Source of the DNA: Lama guanicoe
Lineage: Eukaryota
Assembly: GCA_013239625.1 (NCBI GenBank)
Contig: MU056050.1
Span: 5,527,366 to 5,591,365, forward strand
Length of the DNA: 64,000 nucleotides
Reading direction: 5' to 3'
Each line of letters begins with the position of its first letter. Within the stretch, counting starts at the first letter, position 1. Shown here piece after piece: positions 39,561 through 53,533 of the stretch. The position numbers and the translations under genes were made by a program. The notes below the pieces were generated by a model, which was not told where the DNA came from, did not search any database, and saw only the letters and a program-made list of their open reading frames with translations.

Positions 39561-40559
39561 TATGCACAATTCTATTGTTGGATATTGTTCAACCATCTTT
39601 CAAAGATTATACAACCCTATCAATTGTGAATGACAAACTATTTACAGTTTTGAATCTTCAACAAAATTATAGACAAAATATCTAATTTTAAATATTCATA
39701 TTAATTAGGACTATATTATAATACAGGTTATCCAGCTAATGCTTTTTTTATCTGTGAATTATTAGTTCAAGTCATCTATGCTTTTTTATTTTGATCCTTT
39801 AAGCTATCACAATAAAAGTAGAATATATAACTTCTAACTCCTTAAATGTAAAGCAACCAAGGAAAAGATTAGATTATCAAGTTAGAGAAAAAACAAAGAA
39901 AAAATCAGGCAGTATTAAAAGAGAGAAATCAAACCACATATACCAGCAGTTAATAAAATAATCCATATATAAAAGATAGTGACTTTTATATATGTCCTAA
40001 AAATAAACTATCTTTTACAGGATACATTTAGAACAAAATTATTCATCTGAAGGAATGCTTGAAGAAGCTGAAGAATTTTAAGCAAAGGAATAATGTAATC
40101 AAATAACAATTTAATATGACTACACTAAGATCATTTAAAATCCAGTGACAGTAGATGGAACAAAACAGACTGTGTATATATACGTAAAAACATCAAATCT
40201 TTGGAAATTTCTTCTAAGATAAACGTGGCAATTATAATCAGCAGGGTAAGAGCATATCTATAATTCTCAATGGGACATTTTTTATATTTTGGGAAGGACA
40301 TTTCCTCTTTATGCAGCATTATACCATATATTGCAGGATATTTGGCATCCTTGGTCTCTAGGTTCTAAAGTTCAGTAACACTTCCCAGTCATTTTGCCAT
40401 AGAAAAAAGTCTCTACACATTTACAAATGTATCTTAGAGAAGAAATATTGCTTTTAATTGAGTATCAGTGGTATAAAAATGGTATGGGAAAAACTGGCTA
40501 CCCATCTATAAGAAGAAAGTTAAAAATAAAATTAGTTATTTCAAAAATAATTTCATATT

Positions 40560-40970
40560 AGACATGGAAACAACCTAAATGTCCATTGACAGGCGAATGG
40601 ATAAAGAAGATATGAGATATATAGATATAGATATAGATATATGAAATATTACTCAGCCATAAAAAGAATGAAACAATTCCATTTTGAGAAACATGGATGG
40701 ACCAAGAGATTATCCTATTAAGTGAAGTAAGTCACACAAATATCATATCACTTATATGTATCATCTTAAAAAATGATAAAAGTGAACTTATACCTACTAT
40801 ATAGCATAGGAAATTATATTAAATATCTTGGAATAACCTATAATGAAATAAATCTGAAAAAGCCTATATATATATATATATTATATATATAAAACTGGAT
40901 CACTTTGCTGTATACCTGGAACTAAGACAAAACTATAAATCAAATATATACATCAATAAAAAATAAATAA
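40560..40970 (+). mobile_element. Short L1 3'-end insertion with an internal deletion, nested in an older L1M (about 39780-41600 and 42010-42150)
   Basis: agacatggaaacaacctaaatgtccattgac...attaagtgaagtaagtca...tcactttgctgtatacctg...aataaa A-tail; the flanks continue as old L1 (ggaaaaactggcta...ggattaaagatttaa). Confidence 0.85.
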
Positions 40971-41639
40971 AGCTTTAAAAATTTTATACGGATTAAAGAT
41001 TTAACATTTGAAAGTGACATCTACTGGAAAAGTATTTTGAATGATTATTGATCTTGAGGTCTGGTATCACGACCACAATGGGTCTAATTATAAAGACAAC
41101 CACTCATAGGTCTTTATCGGCTATTAACACTAAAAAAATCCTAAACAACCTTTATATGTGAATGACAAACTGGGGAAGCATTTTCAACAAAGACCCAAAA
41201 TAAAGAGTTGATATGCTTAAATTATAATAATCTTACTTTAAATAACTTAAAAGTATGCCAGTATTTTTAAAAAATAGTTCGAGAATGCAAACAGCAAGCA
41301 TAAGAAAAATATTCCCCTCACAAGTAGTCAAGTAAATATAAATTAAACCATGTTTAATCAACTGACAAAGATTAAAAATAATAACAATACCTAGAGCCAG
41401 GGTGGGGACAGGAAAATTGGCATGCTCATACACTGCTGATGACATATTTTGAAATATGTAACAAATGCGTCAAAATTTGTATGTTACTTAAGTAAGAATT
41501 TTTACTCCTGGGACCTTATCCTACAGAGATAATCAGAAGTTCATAGATACAATGTGATCATCATAGCATTGCCTATGTAGGAACTCAGGTTATAGGTTAT
41601 AAAACAAACAGACCCGGACATATACGGCATGAATAACAC

Positions 41640-42008
41640 AGACGTTGGTGTTTTCCTTATGTAAGGAGTGCAGGGCTGGCTCAGCATACTTCTAATCTCA
41701 TAGTTTTGATCTCTGGATGTAAGGCTACTACTGTTCCAGTTCTCATCACCTTCCAGCCAAGAGTAAAGACGGAAAGGCCAAGGAAGCACTAAGCATCAAT
41801 TCATTTTTAGGGACAGAACTAGGAAGTGGAACACACCACTGCCACACATGTGCTATCCGCTAGAAGAGAAGCACCCGGCGAGAGTTGTAAAGGAGGGCGG
41901 AAAATGTAGTTTGAGGTTGGGCAGCCATAGATCAAGCTAAATTTTTGAGTTCAATTCATAAGTCAGAGAAGAATGGAGGCTGATCTATACCTATCAGTCT
42001 CTGACACA
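41640..42008 (-). mobile_element. MLT1J-like solo LTR
   Basis: gtaaaggagggcggaaaatgtagtt...gggcagccat...gagaagaatgga...cagtctctgacaca. Confidence 0.6.
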
Positions 42009-44628
42009 GTGAAATATTATAAACAGCCAAAATGTCCAAGATTTTGAAAGCAGGCAGATAGATAGCTCTGTGTCAGTGTGATGGAATATTCTATAACCAT
42101 TAAAATTAATGCTGTGGAAGAATACTTAATTACCTGGGTAAAAGGTCCTTGCTAAATTCTTGTCCAATTGCCTTACAACAAAGCAGACAAAGAATCCGAC
42201 AAGAGCAAAGTGCCTTTAAGTAGTCCAAGTTCGTATCTGACAATTCTGTTGAGGACTTCAACTTGAGTCAGGCTTCAGCAGGTACTTGGGCTTTATTCAT
42301 CTGAACTACTTACCCACCCTCTGCTACATTTTTGTGTATTCCCATTTGTGGACAATCCAACTCAGTGCTTTCATAGCAGGGTCTGATGCAATAATGACTC
42401 CTTTTGATTGAGTGCTTAAAGGAGACCATTCAGAAAGTCAGCATTTTCCCATCATTAAGGCCTTTGTTCGGCAAACACACCCAGTAGGTAGATACTAGAA
42501 TCATCCTCATTTTTGCTCACAGATTAGGTAACTGCAGCTCAGAAAAGTAAAACTTGCCCAAAGGAAACAGCTAATAAGTGGCAAAACCAAGGTTAAAATT
42601 TTTCTCTCCTTAGCCTGTTCTCTATACTATTGCATTATTTTTTTGCCTGAGAGAACATGCTTCACCGAAAATTTTTATGTAAACATACAATATTAAGTCA
42701 ATTCATTATCTACACAGATAGGTATTTTAAGGAAGGTACATGTATCAGAGACAAGGGAAGAAACCTCACATGATGCAGTCCAAGGCCGAACAGGGATCTA
42801 CGTTTTGCCCAGATGGCTTCTCCCTCCCACTAATGCTGATGGGTGAAGTTTGGCACTATTTATTTAATAAGAAGAGGCTGAGGGGAATTTCTATTTCTTA
42901 TTTCATTTGCACAGAGTACTATACCCCAGCGAAAAGATAATTACTTAACAAAGGGGAAAACATGTCTTTAAGAAAAATTATAACTGGAAGTACTTGGAAA
43001 TACAAATTCTTCATGCATCATCATTATCACACAATCTTGACTATAAAAGAATGAGAGAAAGTCATATAAAGGCTCCCACATCATATGGCAGCATTGCCCA
43101 AGTCTGGAAAAAAGAAAAGAAAAACATGCTTGTCTTATATGCACTGCCCTCCCCAATGAAACTCACCACAATCTCCAACCCTAAGCAATGTACAAGAAAA
43201 GAAGTTGACCATGAACACAATTCTGTATCTTATCTATTGTGATTTTCTGAGTGGAATCTCTTCTTCTCTATCTGACAGAGAAATGAATGAAACTTGTAAG
43301 AATGAAAAATGAAATGTGATTGAATAAGGGAACTTTCATGAAAGAAAATTTCATTTGTTTTAAGACCCATAAATACAGGCAGCCACAATGAAATATGAAC
43401 ATAAGGTAAGAATCCAGCTTATTCTGTGAAGCTCTAATGCTGGCACACTTCAGCAACCACATGTCCTCATGGGGGTTGAATATTACCAATCACACCTTCC
43501 TTGGGTAATACCTAAAGGCACCAATATCACCACCAACATTTTATTGCATTTCTTCTGTGTCCCATTTGTTCAGGACTGTGTTCTCTGTGAATGGAGGCCC
43601 ATGAGTTCATAGATTACGCTATCACAAATAACCTACTTGCCTTTAAGCAGTGGACTCCTGGAGAGGGTGATTTATTCCACTGCAAGAGGATCTAACGGGA
43701 ATTTCAAGCATCATGGCCGACTGGTGAGTTCCATCGTATCAACTACAATGCCGAAGAAAGGTTCAGCCTGTTCCCTCCTCCCCCTTCTTCTTCTTCTGCA
43801 TAGCATACATGGGTTTACATGAACAAAATTTCAATTTGTGTTCAATGTTGAAAACTTGGAAAATGTAAAAAGGCTAATGGAGAAATTAAAACTAACACAA
43901 TTATCTAAGTATTTAATATTTAGCATATGTACTCGATCTTTTGTTCCAAAAATGTCCATCTACTTAAATGTTTATACAAAACTATAACTATTAACTACGT
44001 ATTGTTTTATAAACTGGTTTATTTCAATTAAGAGTATACAGGTGTGTTTTCCTGGATGTTAAGTTTTTCTACAGAATAAATTTTAATAGCTTTACTCTAT
44101 TTTTCCCCTTCTCCAAATCAGTCAGCTTAATTAGCATTTGCACCACCACATCTACAAGGTGCACTGGTTTGTGGCCATCCTGTTTATACTGTTTGACGTT
44201 GTAGCATTTCAATTGTCACTTCTTAGAAAAGGGACCTTCTTACTGTATTTTATTCTTAGAATTCTATCTGGCAAAGATAACTGGCTTGAGTTGTAGAAAG
44301 GTTTCTGCTGTCATTAAACCTTTATAAAATCATAATATAGACCGAATGAAAATTAATATTTTATCTTTAAGTGCAGCTTTAGATTCTTCAGTTTCCACAT
44401 TAATAAGAATAGACAGAGCCACAAATTATCTGTGCTAGAGTGATCCTTACATATTTTGCAGTCTGACTCACTAAATGTCTGAATTGGATTGCAAACCAAC
44501 CAAGGCTGCATAAAGTACACTATCTTTCCCAAAGTTATACAACATGTTAGGATCAGAGCTGACACTTGAACCCAATATTCCTGACTCCCTAAAATTCAGT
44601 GCTATTCTAGCATATCACACTGATATAT

Positions 44629-47600
44629 TGTAACCATGGGCTCTGGGTTTTAGAGGGAATTAAAAAGCACTGAACGCTTTTTGTCCTGGTCTAGTCCATG
44701 AGGCTGCTGAAAAAAATGACCTACTTCAATCTCCTACTTCTCTAAATGGCAATAAGAACCAAAACCATTCATCCACACATCACCCTGCTACTATGGACAT
44801 AAAAATGGCCTTGTGACATTACAGCTGACCACAGAAATGCTAAGGATCAAACAGACTACCATGAAAAATTGTACACCAACAAATTTGAAAACCTAGAAGA
44901 AATGGAAAAATTCCTAGTAACATACAACCTATCCAGACTGAAACTTACAGAAATAAAATATCTGAATAAACCAATTACTAGTAAGGAGATTGAATCACTA
45001 ATCAAAAACCTCTCAACAAAAAAAGTCCAGGACCAGATGGCTTAGTTTATAAATTCTATCAAACATTTAAAGTAGAATAAATGCCATCTTTCCCAAACTC
45101 TTCCAAAAAACAAGAGCAAGGAGTACTTCCAAGCTCATTTTATGAGGGAGCCAGTATTACCTTGATACCAAAACCAAACAAGGATATTACAACAAAAGAA
45201 CATGACAGGCCAACATCCCTGATGAATACAGATGCAAAAAGCCTGAATAAACTATTAGTAAAGCAAGTTCAACAACATAAAAAGGATCACACACCATGAT
45301 CGAGTAGGATTTATTCCAGGGATGCAAGAATGATCCAACATCTACAAATTAATCAATGTGACACTCCACATTAACCAAATGAAGAATAAACATCCTATGA
45401 TAGTCTTAACAGATGCAGAAAAAGCATCTGACAAAATTCTATGTCCACTTATGATAAAAACTCTTAATAAAATGGACATAGAAAGAACATACCTCATCAT
45501 AATAAAGGTCAGATATGAAAAACCCCAAATTAACATCATTCTCAATGATCTGAAAATTGAAAGCAATCCCTCCAAGATCAGGAACAAGACAAGAATGCTC
45601 ATCCTTGACATTCTTACTCAACATAGTATTGAAATTATTAGCTACAGCACTTAGGCAAGGAAAAGAAAGAAAAGGCATCCACATCAGAGAAGAAGAAATA
45701 AAACTGTTTCTATTTTAAGATGACATAACCTTATATATAGAAAACCCCACGAACTCCACCAAAAATTATTAGAAGGAATAAACGCATTCAGTAAATTTGT
45801 AAAATATAAAATCAACATACAAAAATTAGTTGTGCTTCTATACACTAATAACAATCAGAAAGGGAAATTAAGAAAGCAATCCTGTTTACAATGGAATAAA
45901 AATAACCTATGAATAAATTTAACCAGGGATGTGAAAGACCTGTACACTGACATTTATAAGACACATATGAAGAAATTTGAGAAGACACAAATAAATGGAA
46001 AGTTTATAAGTTGATGGATTGAAAGAATTAATATTGTTCAAATGTCCATACTACCCGAAGCAATGTACAGAATCAATGCAATCCCTGTCAAAATTCCAAT
46101 GACATTTTTCATACAAATAGAAGCAACCATCCAAAAATTTACATGGAACAACAAAAGACCCCAAAGAACCAGAGCAATACTGAGAAATAACAAATGTGGA
46201 GGCATCATACTTCCTGATTTCAAACTATAATGCAAAGCTTTACTAATCAAAACAGTATGGTACTGGCATAAAAGTAGACATAGATAAATGGAACAGAATA
46301 GAGCCCAGAAATATATGGCAAATTAATTTATCAGAAGAGACAACATTATACAATGGGGAAAAGATAGTCTCTTCAACAAATAGTGTTGGGAAAACTGGAC
46401 AGGTACATGCAAAAGAATGAAACTGGACCTCTATCTTATACCATACACAAAAATCAACTCAAAATGGATTAAAGACTTGAATGTAAGACCTCAAACAATA
46501 AAACTCATAGAGGAAAACATAGGGGATAAGCTACATGACACTGGTCTTGACAATAAATTGTTTATTTGATTTGACACCAAAAGCAAAGGCAACAAGTCAA
46601 AAATAAACAAGTGTGAGTATATCAAATGAAAAAGCACCTGCACAAAAAAGGAAACACTCAACAAAGTGAAAAGGTAACCTATAGAATGGTAGAAAATATT
46701 TCCAAGTCTTAAGTTTGACAATGGTTTAATATCCAAAATATATAAAGAACTCAAACAACTCAATAGCAAAAACAAACAAAACAACAATTTGATTAAAAGT
46801 GGAACGAACTGAATAGATTATCTTTCCAAAGAAGATATACAAATGACCAACAGGTACAATAAAAGGTTCCCAACATCTAATCAACAAGGAAATGCAAATC
46901 CAAACCACCATGAGATATCACCTCACACTTGTTAGTGTGGCTTTTATCAAAAATGCAAGAAATAACAAGTATTGGTGTGCACGTAAAGAAAAGGGAACCG
47001 TTGTGTACTCTAAGAGGGAACGATAATTGGTGCAGCCACTATGGAAGACTGTTCTGAGATTCTTCAAATAATTTAAAGTAGTACCCCTATATGATCCAAC
47101 AACCTTACTTCTGGATATTTTCTGAAGGAAACAAAGTAACAATTTTGGAAAAGATATTTGCATTCCCATGCTCCTTGAAGCATTATTTACAATAGCCCAA
47201 TGAATGAATGGATAATGAAAATGTGGTACACAGACACAGACACACATGAATATTATTCATCCAAAAAAAAAATGAAGAAAATCCTGGCATTTCCAAAACT
47301 ATGGGTGGAACTTTGGGGCATTATGATAAGTGAAGTAAGTCAGAGAGAAAGACAAAGACAGTATGATATCACTTATATGTGGAATCTGAAAAAAATCAAA
47401 TTCTTAGATACAGAATTCAGATTGGTATTTGCCAGAGGTGGGGTGCTCTAAAATGAGAAAAGGTGGTCAAAAGGTACAAACTCCCAGTTGTAAGACAATT
47501 TGCCATAGCTACACTAGGCAGACATTAAAAAGAAACAAAAACAAGAAAAACAATGAGGTATCTAGGAACAAAAAAGAATTATAGAAAATACAAAGGAAAT

Positions 47601-48110
47601 ATATATATATATATATTTTGCTATCCACCATCTTGATTAAGATTTCCTTACCCTTCTGGGAATGTTCTGCTCAAACAAAAGGTTAGATTGTTTATTATAG
47701 CAACTTCCTGAAGGATTCATCAACTATTCAGTGGAAAATGCTCTTAGATTCCTTGAATCCCTCACCTTAAAATACTCAATTTTCCGTTTTCACCCATCTT
47801 AGACTATTGCATCATGGTCCTTACCCTTTCCTAATCAATTTCCCACATTGAAAGACCCGCCTTAAGTCAACTTCTCAATAAATTCTGACCTTCCCTTCAT
47901 GCCATCTGAGACATTTCTTAAGCCTTGTAGAGGTGATGTTCACCCTTGCTGAGGGAAACAATAAAATCAGGAACATCCTCAACAGATTATCCTGGTGGTT
48001 TGGGGGCGCTAGCTCTTCAATGCAACTTTAGAGCTATAGACAGGACGTCAGGACATCTTTTCACGAAGGGTCATTTCAATAAAGCTCTTACTGTCCCACA
48101 CAGCCTTTGC
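44629..48110 (+). mobile_element. Possible old ERV LTR split by the L1 (pieces at about 44629-44818 and 47620-48110)
   Basis: TG start (tgtaaccatggg); C/T-rich LTR-like body with AATAAA at 47877 and near 48078; family not identified. Confidence 0.3.
44819..47497 (+). mobile_element. Decayed L1 (L1MA9-like 3'UTR), 5'-truncated ORF2 RT and C-terminal domains; extreme 3' end absent
   Basis: Peptides [26 protein letters not shown] and [19 protein letters not shown]; the catalytic FADD motif reads ttt taa gat gac (F*DD) near 45713-45724; 3'UTR ggtggtcaaaaggtacaaactcccagtt. Confidence 0.95.
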
Positions 48111-48519
48111 ATGGGGCGTTGGGGGTAAGCACGCTAATGCAGAAGCACTGTCATCAGGATTCCAGGGGAAGCTCTCTGCACAGAGCTGTTGTTCCGGTTT
48201 CTGTCAGATGGGACATCTTTTTAAGGAACGAAGAATTGCATTTCAACTTGCCCAGAATGACACTAGCAGGAGGAAAAAAGGCAATCTTCGTCCTGAGCAA
48301 TAGACTAAAAGGTACAAAGAACTGGGAAAGGAGCAAACAAATGCTTCTCTCTGCGGCAGCCAGTGCCAGAGAATGTTCATTCTCTGCCACCTCACCTATG
48401 GGGCCAGAGCTGAGGAAAAGCAGTGCGGCCATTTTGGAGTCCTTGACTCTTCCAGAGACACAGAAATCAGATACATTATTCTGGGTTAGGCTGTTGTTAC
48501 CAGCATACTGAGTTCTTAC

Positions 48520-48602
48520 CTGTCTCCAGGATATTGAGCACATTTAGCACATTCTAATGCCAGTAATTGTTCTCTTGGTTAAAAATCAAAGCCTATGAAA
48601 GG
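48520..48602 (-). other. Candidate non-coding exon (83 nt)
   Basis: Acceptor cctgactcacccttatccctacttctgcag| with a branch-like motif; donor CAG|gtaaga; stops in all three frames. Confidence 0.3.
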
Positions 48603-50779
48603 CTGCAGAAGTAGGGATAAGGGTGAGTCAGGTGAGTCTTAGTGGTGAAGAGGGATAAGGATGAACTTTTTTGGCCAGACAATCGGCTGTGGAAAACAGA
48701 TGCCAGAGAATTCTGTTAAGGTGATGTGTTTTTCTTTCTCCACCCATGTCCCACCTCCAATGAAGGAATTCCTCGGGAGAGGGGGAAATATGACAGTGTG
48801 AAGGAATGAATGAGTCTGTCTTGGTGCTCCATAGGTGGGGAACAGCTTGTTAGCTCCTCAACTTCATCACCTAGAGCATAATCTAAGTTGTCATTTCATT
48901 TCCCTTTTCCTCATACAACACACACACACACAAACACACAGAAAGACACACTGAAAATAGAGACTAGCTGGCTTCACCAATCTTTCTCTGCAAACTATGA
49001 ACTTCACAGTGTCTCTGCAGGCCCCTATTCATACATTTTCTATAGCCAATCTTAGAAGACAATTTGAGGAGATGAGCATCTTACTGGGCCCAACTCTCAA
49101 CTGGAAATGGGTGCAGTACCTAACTCATATAATTGGTGTAAGCATTCCAGAAGACAACATATGCAAGTCCCATAATGCACAGACACAAAATCGGTGTTTG
49201 AAAAAGAGTAGTCCCACCTCACTGACCAACTCTCAAGAATGTGGGCTGAAAACCATTTTCACAAAATGATTAAAGGTATTAGTTATGCACTGCAGCTTGA
49301 GCAGAATCATGCTTTTCACCGGAGTGTAGAACTTGTTCGGAACAGGGAATCATCCCCCTGGCAAAATACAAGGAATCCTGGAAGAATTAGCAACTTGAGT
49401 CATTCCAGTGACATCACAATCTATCCCAGGGGATGAGCACTGAACTTGTCATTTTGAAAAGCAGCAGAGCTCACTCATAATATTTCCTGAATCATGAGGA
49501 GATAAGACTTATCTTCAAAGTATCCAAAATAAGATAGCAAAATATCTTATCAAATCTCACCATACTTTTCCCTTCCTAACTTCCTTCCTTCTCTACCAAG
49601 TGACAAAGTGTAGCTAGGCATCGCCAAGAACTCTTGCCTCCCTTCCTTCAAAAAAAAATCCCTAATATTATTTTTAAAACATAGCTTTAAACGAAAAGAT
49701 TGAAAATAACTCTGAATCAGAAGTAAGGACATATATTCTCACCTCTAAATTAACAATGTTTTAACAGATTTTACTTATTTGGGATTTAAATAAAGCAGCA
49801 ACATTTAAAAAATCATCTGTCCTCTGCTGTTTGGTGCCAAGCTTGAGCCTTATGGGATTTCAAACAGTTGAACTAGTAAACCTAGGGAAAACACCGTTTC
49901 TGATGGAAACAATGGCAGATCCTTTACCCTAACACTACCAGGAGCACCGAGCTCTGCGGCAGGTGATGTTTCACCTTAGGAAGGGCCAAGACTTCTAGGT
50001 CTGTGTCTCTTTGAGGGATGGGGATGGGGAGGTGTGAACAGTAATTCAAATGCATTAATCCTGTGAGGGAATGCTTTTAAAAGGAGAAAGCTACTAGGAA
50101 ACATTTTTTCCAAGTGCTACCTGAAGAGAAGGCACCGCACACCACTGCTCTCTCTCCTCTCTTGTTCTAATTTCCTAACCATCCCTCCCTTCCCGACTCC
50201 TCACCTGTCCTGCAGTCCTCACAGAGAATCCAGTAAGCTGGGGTGGGGGGGGCTAATATATTTTTAAATCTGTTCGTAAGGGTGAAATGATGAGCATGAT
50301 TAAGTCCCCAGGTTCCCCCTTCCTCCTCCCTGCTGCCTCATTTTACATAGTCTTTCTAATAGTAATTAGATCATTTGAGAATTGAATCGTCCAATTCCTA
50401 ACCAAGGTCTGTTCACACAGCTAATTCCCAGGAGAAAAGAAAGGTTTTTCTCTTCCATGTGATTTTTCAACAATCACTGATAGTCAGCCTTGACAGCAGT
50501 TAGAAAATCTTGGTGTAGCCTGAACATTCCTATTGATTAGCTGATACATGGCCTGAGAGTTGGCTGGGCTGACTGCTTTATCACTAAAGCATTCAAGAAG
50601 TTCAGATTAGTTAGGCATCCTTGTAAACTCCGATTTATCCAAAACTCAAACCCCCAGAAAGTTCAAAGAGTCAGCATTATTTCCAGGTATTGTACAAAGG
50701 AAGAAACAACAAGGCAGGAGTCAAGAGGGCCTTCTGAATCACCACCACCTCCCTCTGTCTCTTCCTCCTCCCTTTCTTA

Positions 50780-50960
50780 CAACAGGCATTAACTGAGGAC
50801 TTCCTATGTCTCTGAACACTGGCCTAGGTTCTGGGGATAGAAAGATCCGTAAGACATGGCCCCTGTCCTTGAGAAGCCTGCAGTCTAATACGGAACCTGA
50901 CATGCTAAAAGGCAACTACAATACAGTGAACTAAGTGCAGTGACAGAAAGGTGGCTGTAC
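50780..50960 (-). mobile_element. L2 fragment
   Basis: caacaggcattaactgaggacttcctatgt...ctaggttctggggataga...aagacatggcccctgtcctt. Confidence 0.6.
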
Positions 50961-53404
50961 AAAGGAGATGGCATCCTTTTGCGCAACTGAACTATTAATG
51001 GTGTTTGAGTGGATTCCAATCCTTGGAAAACAGGTGATCAATGTACCCTAGGAGACTGAACACTGGCGTGGGAGCTAGCTGTGTCTGAGTTCCCAGTCTG
51101 ATGCTAATATGAACGAGCTGTGCAAACCTGGCCATCACCATTTCTGAAATTCACTCATTATTTCTCAGCTTTTCTTTTTCTTTTTCTTTTTTTAACATGA
51201 AAGTACTAATACTTACCTCACATACACTGTCTTCTTAGTTTCCCATAAGGGCAATAGTATTCGTCTCTATTTCACAAAAGAATTCACAGTCCAGAAAAAT
51301 TGAGCAACTAGCCTAAGGACACCCAGCTTGTTCATGGCAGGTTGGCTGCTGCCAACTCCAATGCTCCTTCCCTGCTTGATCTAAAATATACAGGTCACTA
51401 AATTACACTGATTATGAAGGAAATAGACATCATTTTAGTAAGATTTTCAATCCTGAAAGGTGAAAGAAATGGGATTTGTCAGTTGTTGAGAGTATCTCAT
51501 AAAACAGAATCCTACCACCAAGCACCCACTCTCCCACTGCACACACAATCCCTGATTCTTCCTGCTAATTAAAGTGGTAATACGTTTAGCATGGTCTTTA
51601 TGACTTTTAAGCAGAACTTTCAGCTCTACCTTTGGTCTCTAAGTTCAGACGGTGCACATAGCCAGTTAGCCAGTGGTTTTGGCAGGCAGTCGCTCCATCC
51701 ATGCACTGTTCACTTTCTTTCTCTCTGCTGGCAGGAAGTGAATGGGAGACACCTGAGGTTTCTTTGATCCCCTTGTCTCCTGATGGCTATTTGACACGTA
51801 GGCCTGCTCTGGCTCAAGTTAGCAGCTGAGTGCCTACGTGCAAAGTCAGAAGTCGGGGGGGAAAAAACTACCTTAATAATTTTGATGAACTGTACTTCCT
51901 CTACTTAAAAAAACTTTATTTAAAAAACTCCATTGAAAATGTGCTGATATCAGAAGCCAGGGAGTATCTTCATACTAGTAAAATGATGGCAATAGTTTTA
52001 GGTTAGTGAACTGTAATGAGGAACACCTGCCTTGCCTCTGATGCTCCTGGCATTTGGGAATAGTGATAAATGACTGGAGGTTATTAGACATGTCCTGCAA
52101 AATGGTGGTGAGTTGGAACTTGAAGTTTGTCATTTGCAAAAGGGAACTGACTTCCCCAATTGGACCTAATTATGACAGCCATGATAAATAGCCTTTCCAT
52201 GTTGGCATGTTTATTTCTCAGGAACCTGAACAAGGAAATTGGTTTTACGCATTTCTGTGGATGGGAAGAATTACCATTTTTATCATTCCTTATAACAAAT
52301 TTATCACCTGATAATCTGAAGGCACGATCAAATTGCAAACACAGATGACTTCCTAAGCATTTGGTGTCTGTTCAGCAAGAAGAATGGTTCTCAGAAAGGG
52401 AAAGGGAAGTTTCTCTTCCTTTATATTCAGAATGACCCTGTGCTAGGTAAACCTCTCTCCAGCACTCATATCTTTGCCTCATAATTGACAACTTCCTATT
52501 TGCCAATAGGGTTCTTCAGGACACATAGGGATGGGGAGAAAGTGGAAAATTTTCAATTTTTAACCAGTTTTTCTCCATTTGGTTACATAAACATGCCAGT
52601 TAATTTCTTAGTGATCTCGGGCTTTTCATTCCCATTTACTGATGGAGAAAACATGAAATTCTTGGAAATGACTGCTCAACATGGCAACAAATTATCTGAC
52701 ACTCTAGTCTTGGCTAGGGTGCATAGCTTATTATTAATGATGTCAATAGTTAGATAGATTGATAAATAACATTTAATACTGAATAGATAGACCAAATACT
52801 ATGCTAATATTTTGGCTCAATAGCCCTATGAGGTAGGTCTAATTCCCATTTCATAGAGTAGAAAAGAGAGGCCAGGAAGGGGTACTATTTTTTGGTAATT
52901 CATATTTTAGTATCATTAGACTTTAATACGTTCATTTGTTAATTTGATTTTTGAAATCAGTTTTTAAATACCCAGGATGAGTTCTGGGGCCTGATTTTAG
53001 TATGTCTTCATTGACATAAGAATTATCTGAGGTTGGGCCCAATTTCACAGTTTTGCTGTTTGGCAGTGTTTGGTCTAGAATTTTCGAAGTCCCAAGGCTA
53101 TACAGACCAAGAATAACATGAATAGTGAATCTTAGTCATTTCAACAGTATATTTTGACATATTTGGAATTGAACTCCCTGTGATACAGAAATGTTGATAC
53201 ACCAAGATCCAACAGGAATTGGATCCAGAGAGGATATGATCTGGCATTGTACGTGCACACTAGGGGAAGACAGGTAGATGAAAGAGGCTAAGATGACAAC
53301 AGAAATTAAGACTGTGAATCAAGGCATGTTATTTCCAAGGCAAGGGAATTTTCACCAGTGTGATACAGAAAAATAGAAGTATGTCATATTCAAAATAGAG
53401 TGAA

Positions 53405-53533
53405 GGGGGAGGGTATAGCTCAGCAGTAGAGCACGTGCTTAAAACATACACAAGATCCTGGGTTCAATCCGCAGTGCCTCCATTAGAAAATAAAGCTAAT
53501 CACACCCCGCACAAATAAATAAAAAATTCTTTT
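53405..53533 (+). mobile_element. tRNA-Ala-derived SINE (camelid Vic-1-like)
   Basis: ggggagggtatagctcagcagtagagcacgtgctt...gatcctgggttcaatcc (Pol III A and B boxes); A-rich tail; TSD aaaatagagtgaa / aaaaagagtgaa. Confidence 0.88.

Noticed and set aside
7515..45715. Idea that the two large L1s are halves of one split element
   Set aside because: They overlap by about 0.9 kb of ORF2 and differ substantially there, so they are separate insertions.
47991..48012. Second CTCF-like word (gggggcgcta)
   Set aside because: Only the 3' half matches; the CCAC/CCAG half is absent.
48107..48543. Overlapping 134-aa and 129-aa ORFs on opposite strands
   Set aside because: No recognisable homology or coherent gene structure; the lengths are compatible with chance.
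53405..53481. tRNA-Ala-like gene (also 7261-7333)
   Set aside because: Degenerate anticodon and acceptor stems, an A-rich tail and TSDs mark these as SINE heads rather than tRNA genes.
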